A stretch of DNA of 64,000 nucleotides. Source: Amphiscolops sp. MND2022. Its lineage: Eukaryota. The notes below the pieces were generated by a model that was not told where the DNA came from, did no database searches, and saw only the letters and a program-made list of their open reading frames with translations. The stretch spans positions 57,786,001 to 57,850,000 of the forward strand of contig OZ076409.1 of assembly GCA_964187785.1 (NCBI GenBank), given 5' to 3'. A program made the position numbers and the translations under genes. How positions within the stretch are numbered: position 1 is the first letter of the stretch; each line of letters begins with the position of its first letter. Shown in pieces: positions 50,601 to 64,000 of the stretch.

Positions 50601-51199
50601 AGTCTCAAAATTACGGGATTTCGATTTTTCCCAAACAGGAGCGTGTGGACAACTAACGAATTTTGCTCACAAAAAAAATTGCTAGCAAAAGATTGAATTT
50701 TACGATTTTTTTTGGCAGCCTCTTCTGTTTTGCCAGTTCATTTCAGTTTGGCAGGTTGTTTATTCATGGCGTATTTCTCTCTTTCACACCAACAGTTTTC
50801 TCAGGGTGTTTAAATGCAATTAGGATTAGTTACATCAGCTCTACCACAAGTCCCTCGCTAATTTGGAGGACAAAGGAAGAACGAAAATTTACAACTGAAT
50901 GGCACCAATAATAATATTTAAAAAATGACAACAAGGATATATATGATACAAAAATTAACAAATTCTATCACAGCCATTAGAATTCTACAAAATGCAAGCA
51001 CCTTACTAAAATGAACTGAACTCGCGCACATTCGTGTTACTATAACACGATTAAAATAAAGCAACAATGTTTTAAAGTTTAATATCAGTGCTAAGTATAT
51101 TTCACTTCTGGTTTTTTATTTCATAGGCACTGGGCAGGCTTGTTTTAAGGCTCTTTCCCGTTTTTGGCGGGATTGTCAGCGTATTTTCAGACTGGTTCA

Positions 51200-54100
51200 C
51201 AATCGATTGTTCGATTTGTTCGAAGCCTCTCTCTTGTTTGGTGTGTCTCACCGTGAAGTCTGCCTCTTAGCTAAAGTCTTCCTGTTCGAATTCTCCTTTG
51301 GATCTTTCTTTCTCTAAAAAACACTTTTCAATCATAGCTGAAATTCAATGTGTTAGGTTTTTTACCCATATGCTTTTCAAATGCTGACTTTGCGTCTATA
51401 CATTTTTCCGATCTCAACGCAAATAGGATGGTCGGTATACCAGTTTTTTTCTCGATCTATTTTGATCTTTTTGTTCGTTCTTAATCTTTCGTTTTATTGT
51501 ACGTCCCATACATTCAATCTTGCCGTTGCCCCGATCGTCTTCCACCGGCCATATTCCATGTTACAGAATTAATTGAACTTTTCATTTTTGAAAACCGTGC
51601 CTGGGTCCGTTCTTTTTCTCTTCTGGATTTCATAAGCTGCAATATAATTTACCGAGAACTCGAGTACCTTATCCGTAGTTGGGTTCAGTGAAAATAGGGC
51701 ATTTGGCCATCCAGGGTAACTATCCACTGACACTGAGAGATGCTTTATTTTGTTTGCGCGCATTTTGATTTGATACTTATTGAATTCTCATCTGCTTTTA
51801 GGCATTCTGCGCATTTTGCGCTTCCTCGCCTATTCCAAAGCTGGATGCGAAGCCAGTGCATATCTGAGGCCTCCCTTAGCATCACAGTGAGTCTGGAATG
51901 TCCAAAGTGAATGATACGAAGTGAATTTTCCCTCGGGTTAGCTAAACTCTGGTCCATGAATAACAGACCCTGCGCATTTATACCAAAGTAATTAAACTTT
52001 CGCCTCCGAAACGAAAATTTACAGCGATGTTTTGATCTTTAAAAGCTTTGATTTTCCGAATTGTTTTGTCTGATTCGTAGTTCGCTTGAAAATAAATTCC
52101 ACTAATTTTAGAATTAGACAAATCATTCTCTGACGCCGTTATTCTACTTCCACTGCAATTCCCAATTCGTACGCTTTAACTAGTTTTGTGCAGAGGCGCG
52201 TGAACGGTCAATACGTTTCAAGTTCTTCTCGTTCTCTTTTGCTTTTCTGCTGCAGTTTGATTGGTTTAGCCTCATTTCCCCCATTAACCTTATGCAACGG
52301 TGGTACATTTTTACGACATATTGTGAAAACCAATTGTTGAACATTTCCTCCGATTCCACAACAATTCCTTCATAGGAGAAGGATGACGTGATAAATAAAA
52401 ATAACTAATAAATAAATAAATAAACAACTAATCGGCCAGGTATATGTACAACAGCGAAATTGAGTGATAGTAATCTGTCACCCATTTAGTTATTCTGCCT
52501 TAAAACGTTTTTTCCTCTATTGGATTTTAATACACTATGCATTGCCTTGTGATCGGAGACTACCCCAAAATTACCGCATACACGTAGTTTTGAAATGTTC
52601 AAGCAATCAAACTGCAGCAAGTGCTTCGAGTTCTGTTGTATCTTGTTTCCAATTCTGTTAAAAATCTTGACGCGTACGAAGTTTCTTTTGATGTGTTCTT
52701 TCTGCCACTCGTTTCATTTCTTTCTTTACTTTCTCGAACGCTTCTTCATTTTTTGGCAATCAATTCCAGATCGCATTCTTCTTTTGTATGAATGATCGAA
52801 TAAGCGAACAAATTGACACTAAATCTGGAACAAAATTAATGAATAATTCACTGCGCCTAGGAACGATTTCAATTATTTCGAAATCGTTAGCCTGAGCTGT
52901 TCTGTTATTCCTTGCACTTTTGAGTTTATTGGCGAAATGGCTGACCCTGTCAAATTGAAACCCAACCACTCAATTTCTTATTTCGCAGCTTTCCTTTTCG
53001 CGCCTTCAATTGTAACGGGGTCGTGGATTACTTTTAGATTTCCCGCACATTTTTTTAACGTACTAGCTTGGTTCTTTTTGTTTCAGTTAAAACGTCTTCA
53101 ATGAAAACAAACACTTGTCTAAATCTAGCTCGGAAATGTCCATTACTTTTTGAAATTTTGTCGGCATCACCGTAAGACCGTGAAAATCCTCTGACAAAAC
53201 TGTATTTTCCCGTTGATACTTTTCAAGTAAAATGAAAATTACAATGTTTAGCGGTCAGTAGATGCAGGGGAACTTGGGCATGAGCAGCTTATGTCATGTC
53301 TAACGGTAAATACCATGCCTCTCCATTTTCACTATTCAACGTTCCCCTACCATATCTATTAGAGTTTCCAGATTTGGCTCTTGGTAGTAATCTTTGTCTA
53401 TTGCTTGGTTAAGGAACCTTTTTTCTTCACCTATTTTTACCGAACGATCCTTTTTAAAGGTGATGACTGTCGACTGGTTGAAAACAATTTTTTATCTCTT
53501 TTACTTTTTCTAAGTCACTGTTTATTTTGCAACCTTTTTTATTTCGGAATCTACGGCGTTTCGCAATTCCAGTGGAAATCGTTCTCTTTTTCGCTAAAAC
53601 CTTTTCTTCTAGTTTCACTTACTTACAATTTTCTTGCTTTCTACACAACGTTCTTCGTCTTTTGCTATAGACATAACATCTAACTCACCTTCATTACTCG
53701 TTCAAACTTGTTTTGAAGCGCGGACAGCCATTCCTGCCGATCATTGACCTTGTTCGTTTTCTTGCTACTAGAATGTATTGATGTGTTTTTGATATTTTGT
53801 TCTCCCAGTTGTATTTCGCAGAATATGTATTCAAGTAAATTTAACGGTTTCCCGGTAAAATTCACATATTTTTCGCTCCTATTATCTTCCGAACTTGTAC
53901 CTTCACGCTTCATGACTGACTTCAGCTCATCAAATACAAAAATTGTTACCGCAGATCCTGAATCGATCATTGCTTTGAATCTAATTTCGTTGATGTAACC
54001 TTCCATGAAGTAGGGCCTTGTAACTTCGTCGCCTTCCACGTCGAGCACTGCAAAGAATTCTTCATCTTCGTAGTAATCTTCCTGATTGACCAAATGCACT

Positions 54101-54400
54101 CTTTTGTTATATTGATCTTGATTGCCATTGGCTCTGAATTTGCCAAAAAGCAGTGCATTGTCTTTTCTTTTCTGATTGCACATTATTTCAAGATGGTCTT
54201 TTCTGACGCAGTAATTACACGTGGCCTCCTGTCCTTAGCTTTTTTTGAGGTGGTCAAGCGTAAAATTGCCTGCGCTGTATCTCCAGCATTCTCTTGTATT
54301 GTGGTGACTTCTGCTTCCTGCCAGACGTGATGTAATCCAGAAACAGGTGTTAGAGTTGTCATCATCGTCGTTTGCTCGCATTACCATGTCGATGACTAAC
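51200..54400 (-). pseudogene. Decayed Gypsy element (protease and integrase remnants)
   Basis: FKAMIDSGSAVTIF in ORF 53680-54183; HFGHS...W...CAEC and VSVDSYPGWPNALF integrase remnants at 51570-51960. Confidence 0.75.
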
Positions 54401-57400
54401 GAACTTTGCTTAGAAGGAAAGAATTGCTAGCAAGTGATTGAAGTGTACGAAGTCTATTTTTTGGCAGTTTCTTCTTCTTTGCTAGTTCACTTCAATTTGG
54501 CAGGTAGTTTAATTATGACGTAAATAAATCTTTCACACTAACAATTTTATCAGGGTATTTGAATACAATAAGGATTAATTTTATCAGTTCTACCATGGAG
54601 CGTCCAACTGAAAAATTCTAGTTAATATGACTTTGTTTAGTGTTATTCGCATACATTTTTAACGTACCACGATCGACTATTTCATGTAAATCATTTTTAT
54701 ATACAAATTTTATATACATTTGTATATACATTTTTGTATACAAATGTATTCTCTGTAAATTTCAAGCTCTCATTCCTAACCGAGCTTAGAATAGATATTT
54801 TTCTACAACACTGATCTTATCAACTTTACTCGCGAAAAAATGAATATTATTGAAACAACATTCAAACGGCAACATTTCGAGGAATTTATTGGACGAATAC
54901 ATTGTACGAATACTGATTTCCATTCAAATCAATTTTCAATCTCACCTGAAGTTTTTACTACAGGTTTCTTTGGTCATCCTTGCGGTTACTTTTTTTTTAC
55001 TGAACTGCCATTTGGAAAAAGTGAGCGTAAACACAGGGCTTCTCAACAGATAACATTTGATAACATAGATCTTAAAATCAGAAGTTGAGAGTAGTGAGAT
55101 AACATTCTAGGGCCAATTTTGTTTGTAATTATCGATGTGATACAATTTTCGAAAACCAATGAATTTGAGGAAGCAAGAACTTGCTAATAAAAAACTTCTT
55201 CAGGTAATTCAAGGAGAAGCGAATGCAATCGTTATAATGAACAATGTAAACTTGATTGTATGCAGAAGTCCACGTTTGTTTTCCCTCGAATTCATGTCTA
55301 CAAAAACAAGGACGGTTTCTGCTTTACTTGCTGAAATGTTAAAACAAAGTAACAGTTTAGGTTTACAAACACTAAATAAAGCCACTTACTTCTTTATTGT
55401 AACTAGAACAGCGGCAACTTCCAGGTAGATTTTACAATTATTTATTTGTTGGCAATTCCGACTGAATAACCTCGAAGATGCAGGGTCCAGGACCAGCTGT
55501 AGACGGTGTAATTGCGGTGAGTTTTAGACTCAGTGGTATGTTCTGTAAGTAATACAAGTAAGTGGTTTTAGTACTTGATTAATGTATCTTGCTCCACCAG
55601 GGATACAAACGGCAGACAGTGATCGAAGAATTTAACACAAAACGTGATTAAATCTCAACAGATTGGCTTTTGGGTTAACGTTGTGTAAACAGGGAAAAAG
55701 CATTTTGAACAAACAAGACTAGATTTCAATCGAATAAACATTTTTCTCCTTGCAATTTCAAGTTAGGTCTTCCACAACTAATTTATGTCGAAATCTGAAA
55801 CGTGGAAACTACACATATTTCAATGTACTTTCTAGCTCAGTAGGTTATCCTGAATTTACATGGTGTTGATTCAGTCTGCAAATTTGGAGGCCTTAATGTT
55901 TTGTGAAGCAGTGAGACTGGTGTTGAAAAACAAAAGCGCTTTTCGCCACAGTCAACTCTGAGCCGGAAGCCGCACTAAATGTCAAAAACGAGATGGACGC
56001 ACCGCTGTTTGTCAACAAAAAATTAGCTCTATCACAGTGTGACAAACATTACCAATACTGCACACTGTGTTGTAGATAAAACAAATGGGTGCTATAATCT
56101 TGAATTTTCTCCGTTTCATATTGACTGTTTTCACCAAGGCAACTTATCTGCAATGGTCGTTTCGACCGGGAAGATAACAGTATTATCTTACAGGTATATT
56201 TACAAATGTTTTAGCACCTTTTTCAGTTTATGCTATTGATCAATTCGATGGTGAGAATGGTACGTAACCGCCCGCACTCGGTCACACTCCCTCTTCTTTC
56301 TTATGAAATAACTCATGACAAAATGTAATGAATGTGTAAATGCGTGTCAAATGTTACACTTCAATGTCAAATGTTAATGTCAAGCAGATTTATAAATTAT
56401 CGATGATGATATATCGGTTGAATGTTTTCATGTACGGTACTTCACTAATTGTGGCTTTTTATTAATTGTAACTATAATTACAATTAACAAAAAGTTACAA
56501 TTAGTGAAGTAATAAGATTATTTCAATGTAAATGACACTGGTAATGAAAGATAAAGATAGCATCAAATTGAGTTTGCTATATTTTTTAATTCCTTGACAC
56601 TCTCGTTCACTTTCGAATCGGTCATCTTATCAAAGTCTGGCAGACCATGCAATGATTCTATTCTTCTGTTTTTTCTACAGAACGGCTGCGCTGGCCTTGT
56701 TGTCTACTTTTCCCACCGTTACAGTTTTGTCGGTTGCTTTCGACATTCCTTTGTGTGTTTTCAGCAATGCGCTTCTTATGGACTTTTTCGTTATCTTCAT
56801 TCGCACCTTCTGTCTTTTTTGTTCATCATTTGATGATTTGACCATTTCCATAGCAATACTCAGCAATTTTCTGGCTTTGAGTTGTTTTTGTGGCTTCCTT
56901 CATTTTTCCATATTCAGGCTGTGTTCGCCGCGGAGTGTATGACAGACTCATTCATCTCCATGTTTTCTCTTCCTTCCGCACTTTTGCACTTTTGAGACAT
57001 TTCCACACTTTCGCAGGTTTCCTATCTGATGACTTAATCTCTTGAGCGAAGAACTTTTGCTGAAACACTTCTGGTTCGAAACTTCATTTGCACTGCCACA
57101 TCCCGTTTTGACAACAGTTTCTTGCACTTCTAAGACGACTCTATAGCGCGTTTCGCCTGCTTCCTTCCAGAGTATGTTTCTGAATTTACCCCCGAGTTTC
57201 GAGGCTCGCGTTTTAATTCTGATAACAATCATTGACTCGTCATCTCATGGGAATCTTCTGGTTTAAATTCTAGTGGTGTCTCTAGCTCTAAACAAACTTT
57301 TAGTGGTTCAGTTGCTATAGTTTTTGATAATTCAGATTTCTTCTATACACCAACTCAAATGAGATCTAACTATTGTCTGTCGCAGCAACTCTGAGATCGA

Positions 57401-57463
57401 TAAACCAACAATCCCCTAACAAAACCTTTTCAATTTTTGCTCGGATACGTTAATTTATTGTAA

Positions 57464-57645
57464 CGACAAGCGCTTAGCCGGAACAAGAGCCGAAGGAACT
57501 GACACAATGGATATGACCCGGCACAAATCACCATTAGCCCATTTTGCCTCCCAAGGGTTGCTGTCCCGAGGAAGGGACCGTCTTACAGGATGCTCTCCGG
57601 CCTGATCCAGTCTTTAACTGCTGAGAATAACGAGAATAACGGGCA
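57464..57645 (+). repeat. Dispersed ~190-bp repeat, second copy at 61683-61870
   Basis: Shared GACAAGCGCTTAGC...GACCCGG.ACAAATCACCA...GATGCTCTC.GGCCTGATCCAGTCTTTAACTGCTGAGAATAACG. Confidence 0.85.
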
Positions 57646-58117
57646 TCTTCAATAGGAAAGTGGAGGGTGAGGTTGTTATCAGTTCATCTTTCGTATCACT
57701 TGTGCAGGGATTGCTCTCGCGAAATATTTGCAATGCCCATGGTTGTAGTGTCCAAAGATATCGGATCTACCCCCATGTCTTTTGTAAACGGTGACATTGG
57801 TTCCGCTTCGACATCGTTTGGAATATTGATAGTGGCACTTTCGAAGTGTACTACTGTACGCATCAACTGCAATTGTGCTAGCGCTTTGTGTCAACAAGAC
57901 TGATATCTCTTCCATCTGCTGCTCTAATTTTGGTTCTGTACCTTATTATTTTCCGCCGATATAATGGGGGAGGAAAATAATGATATGTGTTGCGTTTTTT
58001 TTCTTTTTTCCAAACTCGCCCATAACTCCTCTCTTCACTTCCCTCTTCTCTACACTCTCTCACTCCACTTCACTTAGTCACTTGACTATTTTTAGTTACT
58101 TGACTATTTCACTAGTA

Positions 58118-58190
58118 ACTATATGGCGCAGTTGGTAGTGCGTGTGCCTGTCATGCACGAGGTCATGTGTTCGAACCCGGGCTGAAGCGT
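58118..58190 (+). repeat. tRNA-derived (Asp-like anticodon arm) SINE head
   Basis: TGGCGCAGTTGG (A box), GTGC-CTGTCAT-GCAC arm, GTTCGAACCC (B box); no acceptor stem. Confidence 0.55.
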
Positions 58191-61100
58191 AACATTTCTA
58201 GCGAAAAAGATCCCGGTGCTTAGCGGGAGTCCTGTTATTCTGAATACTGGTTCTAAGGAGAGAGGACATTCTCGATGACGGTACTGAAGTAAGACTGGAA
58301 GCCCCGAAGTTCCTCTCTGGCTCTGTAGCTCGAGAGTTACCTGACATTGAAGGTAGAAAGTCGGAGACAACATCGAAACTATCCTCCAAAGGCCAGTCTT
58401 CCACATTCAGATCCTCTAACTTCATTATTCGGCCATGTTCATCTACCACTTGGGATTCATTTTCTGCTTTCAAGACTGGTTCATCGAATCGTTGTGCTCC
58501 ACTGGCATCCTTGACTCTTCAATAAGGAGCAGAAGCGGTCGAAGACATTCCAACGTTTCATTTCAGCTTCAGATAGATTCAATCTGCTTCAATAGAACCG
58601 CTTGTGTATCCAAATTTGGTCTCCTGGTCAAAGTCAAGATAAGTTCTAGTGGTCACAGCTTGCTGAAAAATGCTCCACTTGTTTCACGCTTCTCTTTGGG
58701 CAAAAAAATTGCGCGCAAGCAATTTGCTGCAGTAGTGTTGGAAAGTGCACACCAAACAGACAGTCGAGCTGTAATTGAACTTTCGACCTCAATGAATATG
58801 TGTGTGTGTTGTAAATACCCATAAGTCTTCTCTGCAAATTTGACGTGATGTTCAGTGCTTATGCTGCTTGGCGATGCACAACAACACAAAATTGTGGCAC
58901 CAGAAAGGTCAGAAAGACTTCACGCTTGCGCAACTTGGTCAAAGTTTTTGTATTCAGGTGACTCCTCTCAAAATCTTGTGTTATTTTTTATCGGAATACT
59001 CAGGCTGGTCTCTGGATTTTCAATAAGCTGTTCGGGTTCACGGGGTGACGCCTAGGAAGTGTGTGTTTTTTTGAAAAAGTCAACACGAAAACCGCCGCAA
59101 GCTCTTAAAACCTCCGATTGGAGTTTCGTCAGGATCAAATTTGAAAATATCGATGGAGTCAAAAATATATGACCCCTGCAGGCACTTTTTTTGAATCGTA
59201 GAACTTGCCACGTTTGGACCCAGGAAGGACTAACAGGTCCCTTCGGTTGGAAAACGAAAGTGTTTTGGTCCGTGCGTTCTGTACAGCGGAAGTATTAAGG
59301 TTTTATGTTGTTCGTTTTTCTGATAATTTTCAGGGGATTTGTCAAAATGAGTGTCTGAGCACAGTCAAAGTCAATTCTATGTCATGACGTGTAGAAAACT
59401 ACACAGCACGTTTTTTCAGTCACACAGATTTGAAAATTGACCTTCTGCGCTGTGAAATACCTCCAGCTAGAAGGTAGAGTCTTTCAATTTTTTGATATTT
59501 CGAATTTGTTTCGGAAAACTAGAGTAACTCGTACAAAAACTCGAAACGTAGGATCGGGCTCAAAATTAGTCACACAATCCCACGTATAGACAGATACACT
59601 GAAACAAGCACCTATTGGGGCTCGGACCACTGGGCGAGATTTAGATCTGGTACTCTCGTTCCGTATCACCGTGTCTCAAATGAAGACCCTCGTCCACAGT
59701 GCTGAGCTCGCAAGCTCACTTTTCCGGCAACAAACACCAACTGACACTGATAACAGTAATCTAAAGCAATGTAGTCCCAACATTCCAATAGGGTGCGTCA
59801 ACGTTTGCAAAAAATGGTCCAACTCATTATAATACACAGGATATTACAACTGTAGGTAACAAAATACTATGATCCAGCAAAGCAAGCCGCTCAATACTGA
59901 TCAAATCAAAACCTACAGTTACAGCAAAATGTTTACGAAGAGGAGTTCACACTAGGGGTTTCCACAGGTTTCCAACATGTAAACCTGGCCCTTACCCCAC
60001 TTTCCCAATTTTGGTTTCAATTAAAGTTCGAACTGAAACAAAGAATATGCAAGTCCGAGAAGTGTCGGACTTGCTTCCTTGGTTTGTCGCGTGCGCAAAA
60101 GTTTACAGCACTTTACGACTGATGCACTGACCCAAAAAGTGAGTCCAGATTTGCGAAACTAGGCTCCAGTCACAGCGGTTTTCCAATTCACTTGAAAAAA
60201 CTTAAGTGACTAGCGCTCACGTAGAAACGTGGTATCGGGCTCAAAAGCTGCCCGTTAGGTGAGTGGCACCGTCAGTCCTGCAGTTTTGGATTATTTTAGC
60301 TCATTTTCAGTTTTCTGAGGTCGAAATGTCAGAGAGCTCTTCTCGACTTTGATTAGCGCTAGGCTCACCAAGTTTTCGGCAATAACGTTTATTTTGGTGG
60401 TAGTTGCGAATATGCGACCACTTTCAGGGTAGGGGTATCGAATCGATGACCCGTCCCTGATACTAAGACAGTCCGGTTTTGGTCAGAAACGGTGCTTTCC
60501 AGTGCGTTTCTCCACTTTTCTCAGTACTCACATGCGATTTTCAATCTCACAGGTTTTTTTCACTACAAAAGCGGAAATTGCGAGCTCGTTAAACACTGAG
60601 TTTATTAGCACTTATTGTACATAAACACTGAGTGCATTAGAGGTTTTAATGATGTGCCGAAGCACATCTGATACTGGCCAAAAATCAGTTTTTTGACCTG
60701 TTATTACTAAGATGACTTTAAACACTCGCTTAAATCCTGTTTTTGGTACTATGGAGCGTGCCAAAAACTAATAGCGGAACAGAAGAGGAAATTAAATTAC
60801 AATCCAGTACTCTCCCAGTGGCATTTCATGGTGGTTTTTTGCTAGTTTTGCCAAAATTCCGGATTTTTCATACAAAGTGCGTCCCAAAAAGAACTCCTCC
60901 AACGACTTTTCTGGTAGACGTTACATTAAATAGCAGAACTCTAGAGGAGAGGTTTTGAGTTGCTTTCAATCTATTTTTGCAACTGCTGTGGCTAATACCT
61001 AGAGCGCTTGCACTCCAAAAATTGCTAAAAATGACGCTTTTGCAAGATTTGCCCGCAAAATCGAACTTTTCTCAATGAAAGCAGATGCAAAAGCAGACAC

Positions 61101-62427
61101 TAAGTTGCAATATAGGAACACTAGCATACCTAAACGATTCTTCACTCAAACACACGCAATCGAAAAAAATTCAAACCATACTCCAAAAAATTGTTACTTC
61201 TGACATCAGGGGTGGTACCGTCAACTCATTTTTCTCAACATCCAGACCAGCCAGAGACAAACGGTTTAAACCGTCGGGAACGTCAGTGCCCGTTCTAAAT
61301 TTGCACCCAATGCCACCCTTTTATGACCTCTGTAGCAGAAATGGGGAATGAGAGTCGGGAACATTCGTTTCAGCTCAATTATTGGTCGATTGGAATATGT
61401 TGCATCCATCAAGTTCACTTCTCGTATATAAGAGCAAGTCACAGAAAAGAACTAGAACAACCTGATGAGCACCAGTATTAACGTGCTACTGTCCACCGCG
61501 CTTCTAAAAAGAAGACCCGCTTATGGGAACTTGCAATTTCAGACGATATCTGTCAACATCTCCTGACTGAGCCTAATCGTTATTGGCGTCAAACGCCAGA
61601 GGGCCGGAAAATTTAAAACCAAGAAGGAAAACTTCCCAAGACGATCCCTCTGTGGTCGCCAAAAACTGACGTCTTATGTAATGACAAGCGCTTAGCGTTA
61701 AGCCGGAACAAGCGCTGGAGGATCTGATACCATGGCTATGACCCGGGACAAATCACCATGGCATTAGCTCATTTTTCCTCCAAATGGTTTCCGTCCCGAG
61801 GAGGGGGAACCGTCTTACAAGATGCTCTCAGGCCTGATCCAGTCTTTAACTGCTGAGAATAACGGGCATCCGTCTCGGACCTTCGCCTCGAACCTCCGTT
61901 TAAACAGCCTTTAAAAATAATGCCAAGGATAAACAGAGTAAATTTCCATCTTCAGGCTGGTATCGGAATTATTACTAAAATTCGGAATAGTATCTAAAAT
62001 AGCACAAACTAGCTGTCGGGCTAGTCCAGACGGCTAAACTCAGCAAAAGTACATAAGAGCACACACCAAACCGGCAATTCACACAGCTACAAGCCGGTGC
62101 GCAGGGGCTCCAAGCACCAAACAAGGATAATTAAACCAGGGTAAAACCAAGGTAAAACCAATTTGGGCAGTTTTAGTTTGCAGTACCACTTACATAGTTC
62201 CAACCAAAAGCCAGCTAGCCTGCTATTTTTCGCATTTCTGTTATATAATAAGATATATACCATGCTGGCGAAGCGGTATGTCACCGCATCGTTCCAAATT
62301 GAGAAACTGATAATAATTTGATAGGAGTAACGACAGTCAAGGTGGTTGTGGCAAGACTCCACAAACTCCCCAATCGATTTTCATTAAGGCGCTTTTGACA
62401 GCCTAAATTGTCGCTTTAGACTGATGG

Positions 62428-63206
62428 CCCATGTTGAGCACTCCCTGCGAATTTGTACAGATCTGCACAGATCCTGACAGATATTCCAGGATTGTTCGAA
62501 AATTGAATAGTCATAAATTCAGTTTTCGAAAATGAAATTAGTTGGTTAAAAAGTGCTCCACGAAAGAAACACGCCTCTTATTTGAAGTTTTAAAAAAGTT
62601 TCTGTGCGAATCTGTAAAAATTCCAGGATTTGTTAAAAATTAACCATACCAATAAATTACTATAACGTATTCCGAGTTTCCAGCAATTACTAAACCTACT
62701 CCTGCAAACCATTTTCCCGGAATATTACAATCACAGCACTCTATCAACACCTCTACCAACCCAGAAGGTTGTCACATGTCAAATTTCATCCGTCTAAACG
62801 AAGTCAATATGGCAAACGAGCCTGTTGAAAAACCACTTCTGGAAAGTTCAAGTGAAATGGATAAATTCCAGTGTATAACCAACACCGAACATTCGCTAGA
62901 CACCAAAATTACCATGATGGGGACAAGATTTCCTGCTCAAGAATTTTGAGTGATGGAGAGTTTCAACTGACTGAGCCTTGGTCAGCAAAAATATCTACTG
63001 AAGAAGCTTAAAATATGAAATGCATAGTTTCACTAGAAGGTCCGGAAAATGTTTCCTGAGAAACTGTACCGAAAATCTTTGAACATCTGTAAAGATCCTT
63101 GCAGATCTGCAGTTGTCCTTACGTAGCAGTGGCACGATCTTTACAGATCCTCAAGGAAAATTGGCTCACAGATCTTTACAGATTCTCAAAGAAAGCTCAA
63201 CATGGG
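62428..63206. mobile_element. Non-autonomous TIR element
   Basis: CCCATGTTGAGC ... GCTCAACATGGG with subterminal (A/G)CAGATC repeats. Confidence 0.7.
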
Positions 63207-64000
63207 GGTTTTGTCTGATAATGCATTCGAAATTTAACTAACTTTGAATTCACTTTAGTATAGCTGATTTCCGAGACAATGTTTTGTTTTCGAGAGAAAC
63301 TTGTTTCGAAACAAATGACTGGCCTTTTTAACAACCTCGAAGATGGTATTGTTTCCCTACTTGCTCCTTTTCAGTTGCATTTGATAGGACTTCTTGAAAA
63401 TTGGCGTTAATTTTTGGGTTCATTTTTGACACTAAAGGTCTCTGTTTACTGTATACATTCGATCAATTCAATCAATATTGTGCATATTTTGGTTTTTATT
63501 AGAATTTCTTGAGATCCGGAAAAAAACATACTTGTTCAAAACTGTATAAATTCTGAGAAAATAAAACAATTTGAAAGATTTTTTTCTTAGCCCAGGACAT
63601 TTCTGTCAGCAATCAATTTTTTAATCAGCAACTTTCCAGAAATCAGGTCCTTTTCGAACTTCAGAAAACTTGAAAATGATACTTGATTTTTTTTAAAGTT
63701 TGAAAAAACTGAAGGTTCTGTAATGGTTGAAATTCAGAAATCATGAAAAAAAGTATTGAAAGATGAAAATCAAATTTTACAGTTAGTCTTGAAACAGAAA
63801 CAGGAACACATCGGTGACGGCTAAGAAATTGCTCAGGCGACTATAGTATAGTTTATGCATTTTGAGGCCTTGATTGGAGATTTTCGGGTTAAGTGAAGTC
63901 TTTATACCTGGGAATTCATGCAGCCCCATAAAATATCATAGTAAAAATTTTGCATGCATAACTAATGATCCTTACACACTTTTAAAATTATCAAAAAAAT

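Noticed and set aside
58118..58190. Functional tRNA genes here, at 1880-1945 and at 40632-40705
   Set aside because: A/B boxes are present but acceptor stems do not pair; treated as tRNA-derived repeats.
58300..59500. Possible LINE reverse-transcriptase remnant on the minus strand
   Set aside because: No diagnostic RT or endonuclease motif could be read with confidence.

Overview
AT-rich, repeat-dense eukaryotic (probably animal) DNA; I cannot support any intact host gene. The dominant feature is a young, complete 16,160-bp Ty3/Gypsy LTR retrotransposon (23875-40034) with 1529-bp LTRs differing at about 5 positions and a CCGTC target-site duplication. Its architecture is unusual. The first 193 codons of gag lie inside the LTR, and gag-pol are joined by a TTTAAAC -1 slippery site. 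A ~7-kb region after pol holds (i) an antisense gene with spliceosomal introns encoding a zinc finger plus what looks like a catalytically dead hAT-transposase-like protein, (ii) a divergent sense ORF that ends inside the 3' LTR, and (iii) arrays of a TGACG-N6-CGTCA/TATGCGG motif that also occur in the LTRs. The rest of the window is decayed Gypsy remnants, a Tc1/mariner pseudogene, a Mutator FLYWCH fragment, several MITE/foldback and Helentron-like families, tRNA-derived repeats and microsatellites. All comparisons were made by eye; no searches were run.
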